Shown: positions 31,920 through 40,972, numbered from the stretch's first letter. The stretch is DNA of 64,000 bases from Magnetococcales bacterium (GCA_015228975.1 JADGCN010000002.1:6323-70322); one strand, 5' to 3'. The notes: generated by a model from the sequence alone, not told the origin. Made by a program: numbers and translations.

Positions 31920-33146
31920 TTAAGATTTTTGATACTGGTGTGCCTTGTCCAGGATGAATGTACGCCATCCCGGATCGCCGAGGGCATCGGCGATGGTGAA
32001 AATGTCTTTGTCGCCGCGACCGGAAAGGTTAATGATAATAACGGAGTCCTTGGGCATGTGGGGCATTTCCGCAAATGCGCGGGCAACGGCATGGGTTGAT
32101 TCCAGGGCACCGATCAAACCCTCCTTTTGCATCAAAATTTTTAATGCCGCAACCACTTCCTGGTCGCTGGCGGATGCAAATCGGACCCGTCCGATGTTGT
32201 GGAGATGGGCCAGAATGGGGGATACTCCGACATAATCGAGCCCGGCGGCCACCGAATGGGTCTCGCGCATCTGTCCGTCATCGTCCTGGAGAAACAGGGT
32301 GCGATATCCGTGGGCGATCCCCAGACGACCGGCGTTGGAAGCCAGACGAGAGGCGTGGCGTCCCGATGCGATGCCCTCACCACCCGCCTCCACACCGATG
32401 AAATCGACCTGGGGATCATCCAGGAATCCCTGGAAAATACCCATGGCATTGGAACCGCCACCGACACAGGCATAAACCCGATGTGGCAGGCGTCCAGCCT
32501 GTTTTAAAATTTGTTGCCGGGCTTCGATGCCGATGATGGATTGAAACCAGGAGACCATTTCGGGAAAAGGATGCGCGCCACAGGCGGTTCCCAGGACATA
32601 ATGGGTATCATCCATGCTGCCGACCCAATCCCGCAAGGCTTCGTTGATGGCATCCTTGAGGATGCAGGAACCCGAAGTAACCGGGACGACGGTGGCACCC
32701 AATTGCTGCATCCAGAACACGTTGGGACGTTGGCGCTCCACATCTTTGGCGCCCATGTAGATCACGCATTCCAATCCCATTCTGGCGGCCATGGTGGCGG
32801 TGGCGACCCCGTGTTGCCCGGCGCCGGTTTCGGCGATGACCCTTTTTTTGCCCATCCGTCGCACCAGGAGTCCTTGGCCCATGACATTGTTGGCCTTGTG
32901 GGCACCGGTTTGATTCAGGTCTTCGCGTTTGATATAAACCTTGTGACCAAAGTGTGCGGAAAGATTTTCGGCGAAGGTCAAGGGGGTTGGCCGACCCGAA
33001 TAATTTTCCATAAGATCCAGATATTCCTGCCAAAAATTGGGATCTTGACGCGCCTGTTCATAGGCTAGGGTCAGGCGACGAAAGGTCTCATGCAGGATTT
33101 CCGGTATATAGGCCCCGCCAAAAATGCCAAAATAGCCTTTTTTCAT
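31920..33146 (-). CDS. trpB: Tryptophan synthase beta chain
   Basis: 408 aa. KREDLNQTGAHKANN (PLP lysine), ETGAGQHG and GGGSNAMG. Confidence 0.97.
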   Translation of the reverse strand: MKKGYFGIFGGAYIPEILHETFRRLTLAYEQARQDPNFWQEYLDLMENYSGRPTPLTFAENLSAHFGHKVYIKREDLNQTGAHKANNVMGQGLLVRRMGKKRVIAETGAGQHGVATATMAARMGLECVIYMGAKDVERQRPNVFWMQQLGATVVPVTSGSCILKDAINEALRDWVGSMDDTHYVLGTACGAHPFPEMVSWFQSIIGIEARQQILKQAGRLPHRVYACVGGGSNAMGIFQGFLDDPQVDFIGVEAGGEGIASGRHASRLASNAGRLGIAHGYRTLFLQDDDGQMRETHSVAAGLDYVGVSPILAHLHNIGRVRFASASDQEVVAALKILMQKEGLIGALESTHAVARAFAEMPHMPKDSVIIINLSGRGDKDIFTIADALGDPGWRTFILDKAHQYQKS

Positions 33147-33240
33147 GGTTGATCCCTGGTAGATTATTCTGGAATGCGGGCCACTATAGCCCGTTACGGG
33201 CCATCAGGGAAAGAGAACGTTTGCGCCACTTGGGAATTGG

Positions 33241-34572
33241 ATGGTTATGGACACGATAGCAGCCTGGATTTGGAACCCTTTTTTCAGTTTGATCTATATT
33301 GAGATCGGCATTTTGTTCCTGCTGATCACCCGCGGGCTTTCCTTGCGGGAACCTTTCGTGATGTTTTGGCGTATCCGGTCACAGAAAACCCAGGAAGGCG
33401 GCAACGAACACCACATTTCCCATATGACGGCTTTGGGTGCGGCCCTGGCTTCCAGTGTTGGGGTCGGCAATCTGGCGGGTGTGGGTACCGCCATTCATCT
33501 CGGTGGACCGGGGGCCATGTTTTGGTTGTGGGTTTCGGCCATTGTTGGCGGTTCTTTCCAAATGTGTTCCGCCTATCTGGCTGTGCGCCATGGACCTAAA
33601 GACGTCCATTCCATCCATTATGCCACCCCCATGTCCTATCTGGTCAAATTTGTCGGTCATTCCTGGCCGATGCTGGCGCCGATCCTTGCGGGATTGATTT
33701 TGTTTTATGGCATGGTCAGCGCCAATTTGATTCAGGCCAATTCCGTGTCCCGTGCCTTGGCCAATGAACTGGGTTCCTCCGATATTTGGGTGGCGATCAC
33801 CCTGTTTGTTACGGTGTCCGCCGTCATCGTTGGCGGCGTCAAATCCATTGTTCGCTTCAGTGCCATTATTGGTCCCTGGGTCACCGCACTTTTCGTGGCC
33901 TGTGGTTTGTTGATCCTCATCCTGAACCCGTTGGCCACCCTCAAGTCGTTGCAAACGATTTTCCAGGCGGCCTTTCACCCGTACGCCATGGGTGGGGGGG
34001 TGGCTGGGTATACGGTCATGCAGGCGATGCAGTTTGGTGTGGCTCGCGGGGTTTTTACCCATTTCTCTGGTTTGGGAATCGCTCCGTTCTACCAGAGCGC
34101 CAACGACGATCATCCCGCTGTCGGTGCCCATTTGGCGGCATTGGTGCCCTTGATCGACTCCTTGCTGGTTTGCAGTATCACCGGTTTGGTTGTCTTGGAC
34201 TTGGGTGACTGGCAGCAATTCACCGGGGCCTATCTGACCGCCACCGCCTTCCAGACGGGACTGGGTGACGGCGGACGGTGGGTGTTGTTTTTGTGTCTGG
34301 GAGTCTTTGCCTATACCACCATCATCAGTTGGGCCCATTTTTCCGAGCGGTGTTACCACTATTTGGGGGGACGCCGTGTGATCGCTTTTCGCTGGACATT
34401 TGCCGGCGTCACCTTTTGCGGTCCATTCATGCCGGTAAGCTTTATTTGGTCCATGGCCGATGTTGTTATTAGTTTAATGATCATGGTGCATCTTGTTCCA
34501 ATGATCTATATTGTCATAAAAACATTGCCGGAGATGCTCGCCGATCTTCGATCACCTGTTTTCCGCCAATAA
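33241..34572 (+). CDS. Alanine/glycine:cation symporter (AGCS) family transporter
   Basis: 443-aa polytopic membrane protein. GVGNLAGVGTAI..GGPGAMFWLW is typical of the AGCS family. Confidence 0.8.
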   Translation: MVMDTIAAWIWNPFFSLIYIEIGILFLLITRGLSLREPFVMFWRIRSQKTQEGGNEHHISHMTALGAALASSVGVGNLAGVGTAIHLGGPGAMFWLWVSAIVGGSFQMCSAYLAVRHGPKDVHSIHYATPMSYLVKFVGHSWPMLAPILAGLILFYGMVSANLIQANSVSRALANELGSSDIWVAITLFVTVSAVIVGGVKSIVRFSAIIGPWVTALFVACGLLILILNPLATLKSLQTIFQAAFHPYAMGGGVAGYTVMQAMQFGVARGVFTHFSGLGIAPFYQSANDDHPAVGAHLAALVPLIDSLLVCSITGLVVLDLGDWQQFTGAYLTATAFQTGLGDGGRWVLFLCLGVFAYTTIISWAHFSERCYHYLGGRRVIAFRWTFAGVTFCGPFMPVSFIWSMADVVISLMIMVHLVPMIYIVIKTLPEMLADLRSPVFRQ

Positions 34573-34612
34573 CCTGTTACGAAAGACAGCACGGGCCAAC
34601 CAACCATCGCAG

Positions 34613-35839
34613 GTGTTGCAACGCTCCATGGAAGACCTCCTTTTTCTCAGCCATCGCATCCCCTATCCCCCCAACAAGGGGGATAAAGTGCGGTCTTATC
34701 ACCTGCTGCGCTTTCTGGCACGCCATTATCGGGTGCATGTCGGGGCTTTTATCGACACACCCGAAGATTGGGCCCATGCCCCTGTATTGCAGGAATTGTG
34801 TCATGGCGAAACCCATTGGGCCGCATTAAATCCCCGTTGGGCCAGGGTGAAAGCCTTGCGTGGTCTTTGGCGGGATCAGTCCCTTACTTATCATTATTAT
34901 GCCAACCGGGGCATGCAACGTTGGGTCAATGACCTCATGGGGCGTCTGAAGGTGCCGCGTATCCTGGTTTATTCGGCGGCTCCCTGTCGTTTTGTCATGC
35001 ATCCCTGGTCGCATCAGCCCAGGTGTGTGATTGATTTTGTCGATGTCGATTCGGTCAAATGGCTGGAGTATGCCCGGAGCAGCCGAGGTCTCATGAGTCG
35101 TATCCATGCCCGGGAGTCCAGGACCCTTCAGGAAATGGAGCGTGCCATTGCCAGTCGTTTTGCGGCCTCATTGTTCGTCAGTCATGCGGAGGCGGAATTG
35201 TTTCGGCAGGTGGCTCCCGAATCCGCGGATCGGGTTCATTATTGGGAAAATGGGGTGGACAGTGAGTTTTTCAACCCCCTGGAGGCCTATCCCAATCCCT
35301 ATGGTTCAGGTGAAACGTTGGTTTTTACCGGGGCCATGGACTATCGCCCGAATATTCAGGGGGTGGTTTGGTTTGCGGAACGTATTTTTTCCCGCATACG
35401 GCAAAAGTCACCCACCGCTCGATTTGCCATTGTCGGTGCCAGACCTGATCGAGCGGTGAAGCGTTTGGCGACCCAGGAGGGGATTGAAGTTGTTGGAGCG
35501 GTGGCGGATGTGCGGCCCTATCTGGCGCATGCCCGTGCGGCAGTGGCACCCTTGATGATTGCCCGTGGGGTGCAAAACAAGGTGTTGGAAGCGATGGCCA
35601 TGGCCAAGCCGGTGATCGCCACGCCCCAGGCGATGGAGGGGATCCGTTACCATCCGGGTTTGCACAATTGGGTGACCGAGAAACCGGAATTATTTGCCCA
35701 CTATGCCCTGAAACTTTTGGATCCGTTGGAAGGCGTTCAAAAAGCCGCTGAGTATGGCCAGATGGGGCGGCAATTTATCCTGGAACATTACCAGTGGGAG
35801 ACCAATTTGCAAAAAGTCCTGGGGATCTTGGAGCCTTGA
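34613..35839 (+). CDS. Glycosyltransferase of the PEP-CTERM/exosortase-locus-associated type (TIGR03087-like)
   Basis: N-terminal LFLSHRIPYPPNKGDKVRSYHLL is the hallmark I recall for this family, and the C-terminal half is GT-B-like. The start may be the Met at 34628. Confidence 0.75.
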   Translation: MLQRSMEDLLFLSHRIPYPPNKGDKVRSYHLLRFLARHYRVHVGAFIDTPEDWAHAPVLQELCHGETHWAALNPRWARVKALRGLWRDQSLTYHYYANRGMQRWVNDLMGRLKVPRILVYSAAPCRFVMHPWSHQPRCVIDFVDVDSVKWLEYARSSRGLMSRIHARESRTLQEMERAIASRFAASLFVSHAEAELFRQVAPESADRVHYWENGVDSEFFNPLEAYPNPYGSGETLVFTGAMDYRPNIQGVVWFAERIFSRIRQKSPTARFAIVGARPDRAVKRLATQEGIEVVGAVADVRPYLAHARAAVAPLMIARGVQNKVLEAMAMAKPVIATPQAMEGIRYHPGLHNWVTEKPELFAHYALKLLDPLEGVQKAAEYGQMGRQFILEHYQWETNLQKVLGILEP

Positions 35840-36975
35840 AAAGAATTTGTATCGCCCACGTGCTTTATCGTCTGGATGTAGGTGGTCTGGAGACCGTGGT
35901 CGTCAATCTGATGAACCGCCTTCCCCATGACCAATTTGAACACCATGTGATCGCCTTGACCCGCTGTGGCGATTTCAAAAACCGGGTCGAGCGTGCCGAT
36001 GTTTGTTATTACGAATTGGATAAGAAGGCCGGCAAGGATTGGCTGGTGTGGTTGCGCTTGTGGAAACTGTTGAACCATATAAAACCGGATGTGGTCCATT
36101 CCTGTAATATTGCCACGTTGGAGGGGTCCATACCCGCTTTTTTTGCGGGTCGTCCGCTTGTGGTGCATGCCGAACATGGTCGGGACAGTTACGACCCCCA
36201 TGGCGAAAATCGCACCTACATCTGGCTGCGGCGGCTGCTTCATCCTTTTGTCGATACATTTGTTTGCGTGTCGCGTGATTTGTATGTTTGGTTGCGGGAT
36301 CGGGTGGGCATTCCAGAACGGAAAATCAGGTTGATTGTCAATGGTATCGACAGTCATCGTTATACACCTGGATCCAAAATGGCCTTGCCTTGCCCCGGTT
36401 TTGCCGATGAAACATCGTTCATTATTGGCAGCGTGGGTCGGCTTTGGTCCATCAAGGATCCGGCCAATTTGGTGCGGGCTTTGGCGCATTTGGGCCGAGT
36501 GGATCCTCCTGGATTGCAGCGGTGCCGTCTGGTATTGGTTGGTGATGGACCTGAGCGCAGGGCCGTGGAGCAATTGGCCAAAGAATTGGGGGTGTTCGAT
36601 AAAATATGGATTACCGGTTGGCGCGATGATGTGGCGCAATTATTGCGATCTTTTGATCTGTTTGTGCTGCCTTCCCGGGCCGAAGGGACACCACTGACCA
36701 TCTTGGAAGCCATGGCCTGTGGCCTGCCAGTGGTCGCAACACGGGTCGGAGGTGTAGCCGATCTGGTCAAGGAGGGTGAAACCGGGAACTTGGTGCCTCC
36801 CCAGGACGCGGAAGCCTTGTCACAGGCAATTCTGCGCCACTTGCAGAATCCCCGGTGGTCGCATAGCCTGGGTGCCGCAGCTCGAAGACGGGTGGAACGC
36901 GATTATTCGCTGGATGCCATGGTCGAGGGGTATCGTGTCTTGTTTCTGAACCGTTTGTTACAAAAAATAGAATAG
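35836..36975 (+). CDS. GT4 glycosyltransferase of the PEP-CTERM/exosortase-locus-associated type (TIGR03088-like)
   Basis: TTG 35836 overlaps the upstream stop (TTGA). IAHVLYRLDVGGLETVVVNLMNRLP..HHVIALT start and an EGTPLTILEAMACGLPVVAT GT4 motif. Confidence 0.78.
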   Translation: MKRICIAHVLYRLDVGGLETVVVNLMNRLPHDQFEHHVIALTRCGDFKNRVERADVCYYELDKKAGKDWLVWLRLWKLLNHIKPDVVHSCNIATLEGSIPAFFAGRPLVVHAEHGRDSYDPHGENRTYIWLRRLLHPFVDTFVCVSRDLYVWLRDRVGIPERKIRLIVNGIDSHRYTPGSKMALPCPGFADETSFIIGSVGRLWSIKDPANLVRALAHLGRVDPPGLQRCRLVLVGDGPERRAVEQLAKELGVFDKIWITGWRDDVAQLLRSFDLFVLPSRAEGTPLTILEAMACGLPVVATRVGGVADLVKEGETGNLVPPQDAEALSQAILRHLQNPRWSHSLGAAARRRVERDYSLDAMVEGYRVLFLNRLLQKIE

Positions 36976-37039
36976 ATTACAATTCTTCTTTTGATTTTGT
37001 TTCATAAAAAGCGTACTCTCACACTGAGGTTTGGGTAAA

Positions 37040-37056
37040 AGGTGAGGCGCTTGCAA
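37040..37056 (+). promoter_or_regulatory. Candidate sigma-54 (-24/-12) promoter
   Basis: AGGTGAGGCGCTTGCAA compared with the consensus TGGCACG-N4-TTGCW. GG (37041-42) and GC (37053-54) are at canonical spacing and TTGCA is intact. Lies 30 nt upstream of ATG 37086. Confidence 0.3.
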
Positions 37057-37085
37057 ACTGCGCAATACTTCAAGGACAATCAGCC

Positions 37086-37592
37086 ATGGTTGACGGTCAG
37101 GACGGTCCGAAACATATCCAAAACATCTTGGATCCTGTGGCCTCAGGGGAGGTTGTCCCGGCTCAGACCAAGCTTGTCAGGCGACGTCTCATATTGAAAG
37201 GACTGGCTGCTGGTGTCCCTGCCGTCATTACCCTTCAAGGTGCCTCCTCTGCGGCTGCTGCGGCTACTTCCAGCGGTAACTGCATTACAGGTAGCAATAT
37301 AACCTCTTTGGCCAGCTATGGGACCAATCGGTGTGTTTCGACTGCGGTCGCTGCAACCAGTATTATTCAGCGTTACAATCGTACCGATACCACCGTCTGG
37401 GGGTCTACTGCGGCGGCGCCATGTACAGCCGGGGCTCCCATGGGTGCCATCTATACCAATGCTTCTGGTGTGGCCGCCACATCCAGTGCGGGAGGGGGCG
37501 CGAATTATTGGGGTGGCAATGCCGGTCAGAACGTTAATCCAGCCTCTGGATATTATGCAGTGACCAAATCATGCTGGGGTTCCTTCCACTAA
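37086..37592 (+). CDS. Small secreted Ala/Ser/Gly/Thr-rich four-Cys protein with a twin-arginine signal; candidate substrate of the downstream cassette
   Basis: 168 aa. AAGGA Shine-Dalgarno 9 nt upstream. VRRRLILKGLAAGVPAVITLQGASSAAAAA has a Tat-type RRxhhK motif, h-region and AxA sites. The mature part has four Cys and ends GYYAVTKSCWGSFH. Confidence 0.65.
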   Translation: MVDGQDGPKHIQNILDPVASGEVVPAQTKLVRRRLILKGLAAGVPAVITLQGASSAAAAATSSGNCITGSNITSLASYGTNRCVSTAVAATSIIQRYNRTDTTVWGSTAAAPCTAGAPMGAIYTNASGVAATSSAGGGANYWGGNAGQNVNPASGYYAVTKSCWGSFH

Positions 37593-37623
37593 AATAAATC
37601 AGCCCTACTGTATTTTTTGCAAC

Positions 37624-37944
37624 ATGTCCATACTCGCCCCTGCCCCTGATGACGGATTTCCGTTGCCAACGCCGCACAGGTGGACACGGGGGAAATGCCC
37701 ACCACTGGTGCATGTCCCATTGGGTGATCATCACATGATTTTCAATCCCATGTCGGGCCATACCCATTGGATCAACGAATTGGTCGTCGACATCCTTGAA
37801 ATATTGGCCCAGCACCCCATGGATGGTCGGGAGTTGATGACAGAGATGCAATTGGACCCTGCAGAGGATAGCAACTTGGCGGAAATGGAACGCATCCTTA
37901 ATGAACTGGATCGCTTGGGTTTGATCTTTCCGGTTGCATCGTGA
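37624..37944 (+). CDS. PqqD-family (RiPP recognition element-like) protein, HPr-rel-A type
   Basis: 106 aa. HHMIFNPMSGHTHWINELVVDILEIL...ILNELDRLGLI follows the PqqD/RRE pattern of beta strands followed by LNE..a.I...L and a terminal L..L...GLI. Confidence 0.75.
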   Translation: MSILAPAPDDGFPLPTPHRWTRGKCPPLVHVPLGDHHMIFNPMSGHTHWINELVVDILEILAQHPMDGRELMTEMQLDPAEDSNLAEMERILNELDRLGLIFPVAS

Positions 37945-38861
37945 ACATCGGCCAACTGTCATCCCGAGAGCTGTGCAACCAACTGCGATCGACCGGGTTG
38001 CGCTGGATCCTCGGTCCCTTTATCGTCCATTTGCGCTCCCGGGTACCGGATTTTTTTCAGCATTTGCAGATGTTTTATCATGAAAATGAGATATTGGAAC
38101 CGCCGTGGGACGATATCGCTGATTTTCACGCATCGTTGCACCCTTCCTTTGGACTGCGGCGCTATTGGCGACCCAAAGTCAGTTTCCGTTTGGATGGCAA
38201 CTCCTTTTTCACCCCTTTTCCTTTGAGCCACGCCCCTCCCATGTTTGAGTGGGGGATGAATATGGCCGTCGCTTCCCGAAGCAATCACTATCTATTATTA
38301 CATGCGGCTGTTTTGGAAAAAGGGGGGTGCGCCCTGGTTTTACCGGGAACGCCGGGGTCCGGGAAAAGTACCTTGAGCGCAGCATTATCCCTGCGTGGGT
38401 TTCGTCTACTTTCGGATGAATTTGGATTGTATTGTCCGCAAAAAAAAGTGTTCATGGCCAATGCCCGACCTGTTGGGTTGAAAAATGAATCCATTGACGT
38501 GATTCGTGCTTTCGATCCCCGGGCGGTACTGAGTGAGGAATATCCCCACACCCGAAAAGGAACGGTCAGTTTTTTGCGGGTTCCGGTCGGGAGCGTGCAG
38601 CAGATCGATTTTGGCGTGGTGCCGCGCTGGATAGTCTTTCCCACGTTTGAACAGCAAAGCGCCACCTATTTGGAGAAAATTCCGGCAGGGGAAGGTTTTT
38701 TGCGTTTGGCTGCCAACGCTTTCAATTATGAAACCCTGGGACAAAGCGGATTTGGCGGCATTGCTGAGATGGTACGTGACTCACAGATGATGCAACTGCG
38801 TTTTGGTCGCCTGGATGAAGCGGTGGCCGAGTTGCAAAATTTGACTTCGGTAACACCATGA
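37941..38861 (+). CDS. HPr kinase-related P-loop kinase (HprK-related kinase A type)
   Basis: The GTG start overlaps the upstream stop (GTGA). LLLHAAVLEKGGCALVLPGTPGSGKSTLSAALSLRGFRLLSDEF..GLKNESIDVIR has an HprK-like Walker A and matches remembered family TIGR04352. Confidence 0.78.
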   Translation: MNIGQLSSRELCNQLRSTGLRWILGPFIVHLRSRVPDFFQHLQMFYHENEILEPPWDDIADFHASLHPSFGLRRYWRPKVSFRLDGNSFFTPFPLSHAPPMFEWGMNMAVASRSNHYLLLHAAVLEKGGCALVLPGTPGSGKSTLSAALSLRGFRLLSDEFGLYCPQKKVFMANARPVGLKNESIDVIRAFDPRAVLSEEYPHTRKGTVSFLRVPVGSVQQIDFGVVPRWIVFPTFEQQSATYLEKIPAGEGFLRLAANAFNYETLGQSGFGGIAEMVRDSQMMQLRFGRLDEAVAELQNLTSVTP

Positions 38862-40558
38862 ATCCTGTGAATGGGATTGTTGCCCGGGTCAGGGCTCGAC
38901 TTCCTTGGAGTCCAAGTCGATTCTCCCCAGTGGTCACCGGCGTGATGATTGGGATTCTGGGTTGGTTCGTGCGATCTTTTCCCAATTATTGCCCCGTGAG
39001 GCATACCCTGAACCGGTTGCTCATGGGTACCAATCGGTATGCCGATGCCTTGACCAGTCTACAGCAAACCGTGGCAAACGGTTGTGTCACGGCTCAGGTT
39101 CATGCCCATTTGGCGGTGGTATACAGGCATTCCCAGCGACTGATGGCGGCTGAAAAATCGATGCGCTCCGCCTTGGAACGGGAACCTGGCAATGCGAACT
39201 GGTGGACGGAACTGGGTGTTATCCTATCGCTGCGGCAACATCGCAATCTGGCTTTGCAGGCGTTTGTCAGGGCTATTGCGTTACAGCCTGATTGTGTTGA
39301 GGCGTTGTTTCATTTGGCCAGACTCCATCTGGAGGTCAGTTTTTTTAATGCAGCGTTGGCCGAAGAGTATAGCCGTCGTGCCCTGCAGGTTGATCCCAAT
39401 CACCTCGGCTCTCTTTCTTGCTGTGCTAACGCCCTTGGAATGTTGGGAAAGTTGCAGGAAGCAGCCGTTCTTCATGAAAAAATTCTGGCGTTATCCCCTA
39501 ACAATGCTTACGCCCTGGAAAACTTGCTGGCCATGAATTGCCTTCCCCTGGGACACAAGGGTGAGGAACTACAGTCCACAATGACAAGCATGTTTCCTGT
39601 AGATCAGGCCAAAAGTCTCTTTGCCATGGCTAAGATCCACATGAAGAAAAAAGATATTGATCAAGCTTTCGCCAGTTACCAGCAGGGCAATCGCATCATG
39701 CGCCAAAGCTTTTTTTACGCCATTGATCAGGACGCCATGAATGCACAACGTGTCCAGGCGGTATTTGATCAGCGTTTCTTTTCAGACCGTGCCGGTTGGG
39801 GTGATCCTGCGGACAAGCCGATTTTTATTGTGGGGATGCCACGTTCAGGAACCACCCTGGTGGAACAGATTCTCGCAACGCACCCGTTATGCCATGGTGG
39901 TGGGGAACGATTTGAAGTCTACGAACTTGCCAATACCATGGGAACCTTGTCTCGAACCCATCTGGCTTATCCCGAGGCGACACGGGAATTGACGCGGGAA
40001 GAGGTACGAATACTTGGGCACAGTTGCGTGCAATCCTTGACCCTGTTGAATCCTTCAGCCATCCGGATTACTGATAAGTTACCCCATAATTTTCACTATG
40101 TTGGCCTGATTCATCTCCTCATGCCCAATGCACGTATCATTCATTGCCGGCGTCATCCCCTGGATACCTGCCTGAGTTGCTACCAACAATTATTTGCTGG
40201 CCATATACCTTACGCCTATGATCTGGAGGAATTGGGGCGATACTACCGCATCTATCATCACCTGATGCGGCATTGGCAACAAGCCTTGCCGGGACGCATG
40301 TTGGACATCCACTATGAACAGGTTGTCGATGATCTGGAGATGATGGTCGGTCGCATTCTTGATTATTGTGGTTTGCCCTGGCATGATGATTGTCTGAATT
40401 TTCATCAAGTCGAGCGGCAGGTGGATACGGCTAGTTTTATTGAAGTGCGGCAACCTTTGTACCGAACTTCAAGAGGTCGATGGAAGGTTTTTGCAGAACA
40501 TTTGCAACCATTGCGGCACGCCCTGGGGGATGTGCTTGAAGATGCGGAAGGGTATTGA
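38858..40558 (+). CDS. TPR-repeat protein fused to a sulfotransferase domain
   Basis: The ATG overlaps the kinase stop (ATGA). TPR-like helices occupy about aa 60-230. PAPS 5'-phosphosulfate loop GMPRSGTTLVEQIL and 3'-phosphate motif IIHCRRHPLDTCLSCY. Confidence 0.82.
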   Translation: MNPVNGIVARVRARLPWSPSRFSPVVTGVMIGILGWFVRSFPNYCPVRHTLNRLLMGTNRYADALTSLQQTVANGCVTAQVHAHLAVVYRHSQRLMAAEKSMRSALEREPGNANWWTELGVILSLRQHRNLALQAFVRAIALQPDCVEALFHLARLHLEVSFFNAALAEEYSRRALQVDPNHLGSLSCCANALGMLGKLQEAAVLHEKILALSPNNAYALENLLAMNCLPLGHKGEELQSTMTSMFPVDQAKSLFAMAKIHMKKKDIDQAFASYQQGNRIMRQSFFYAIDQDAMNAQRVQAVFDQRFFSDRAGWGDPADKPIFIVGMPRSGTTLVEQILATHPLCHGGGERFEVYELANTMGTLSRTHLAYPEATRELTREEVRILGHSCVQSLTLLNPSAIRITDKLPHNFHYVGLIHLLMPNARIIHCRRHPLDTCLSCYQQLFAGHIPYAYDLEELGRYYRIYHHLMRHWQQALPGRMLDIHYEQVVDDLEMMVGRILDYCGLPWHDDCLNFHQVERQVDTASFIEVRQPLYRTSRGRWKVFAEHLQPLRHALGDVLEDAEGY

Positions 40559-40600
40559 TTCGGCAATGTTTGAAAGAAATCGGCCAGAGGGATAAAAAAC

Positions 40601-40972
40601 ATGGACTGTATCACCATTCGCGACTTGCACTTGCGGTGTATCATCGGTATTCAGGATTGGGAGCGCACCACCTTGCAGGATGTGTTTCTCTCCCTGACTC
40701 TGGAGACTGACCTTGAATTGGCGGGAAAATCAGATCGGATTGAGGACACCGTCAATTATAAAACATTGACTAAAAGGATTATCCACCATGTGGAAAACTC
40801 CAACCATTTTTTGGTTGAGGCACTGGCTGCTGACGTTGCCCGATTGGTGTTGGCGGATGAACGGGTTGTGCGCGTTCGGGTGGGCCTGGAAAAACCGGGG
40901 GCTTTGCGATTTGCCCGAAGCGTGGGTGTGGAGATTGAGCGGGACCGGCAATGGTTGACGAACGTATCCTGA
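40601..40972 (+). CDS. folB: Dihydroneopterin aldolase
   Basis: 123 aa. I.IRDL.L.CIIG...WER...Q.V.L...L and DTVNY motifs. Confidence 0.88.
   Translation: MDCITIRDLHLRCIIGIQDWERTTLQDVFLSLTLETDLELAGKSDRIEDTVNYKTLTKRIIHHVENSNHFLVEALAADVARLVLADERVVRVRVGLEKPGALRFARSVGVEIERDRQWLTNVS

Noticed and set aside
37086-37592. Three N-x-S/T sequons (NIT, NRT, NAS) as evidence of N-glycosylation of the small protein
   Set aside because: Bacterial PglB-type glycosylation needs an acidic residue at -2 (D/E-x-N-x-S/T), which is absent here. No oligosaccharyltransferase gene is present, and such tripeptides are expected by chance in an N/S/T-rich sequence.
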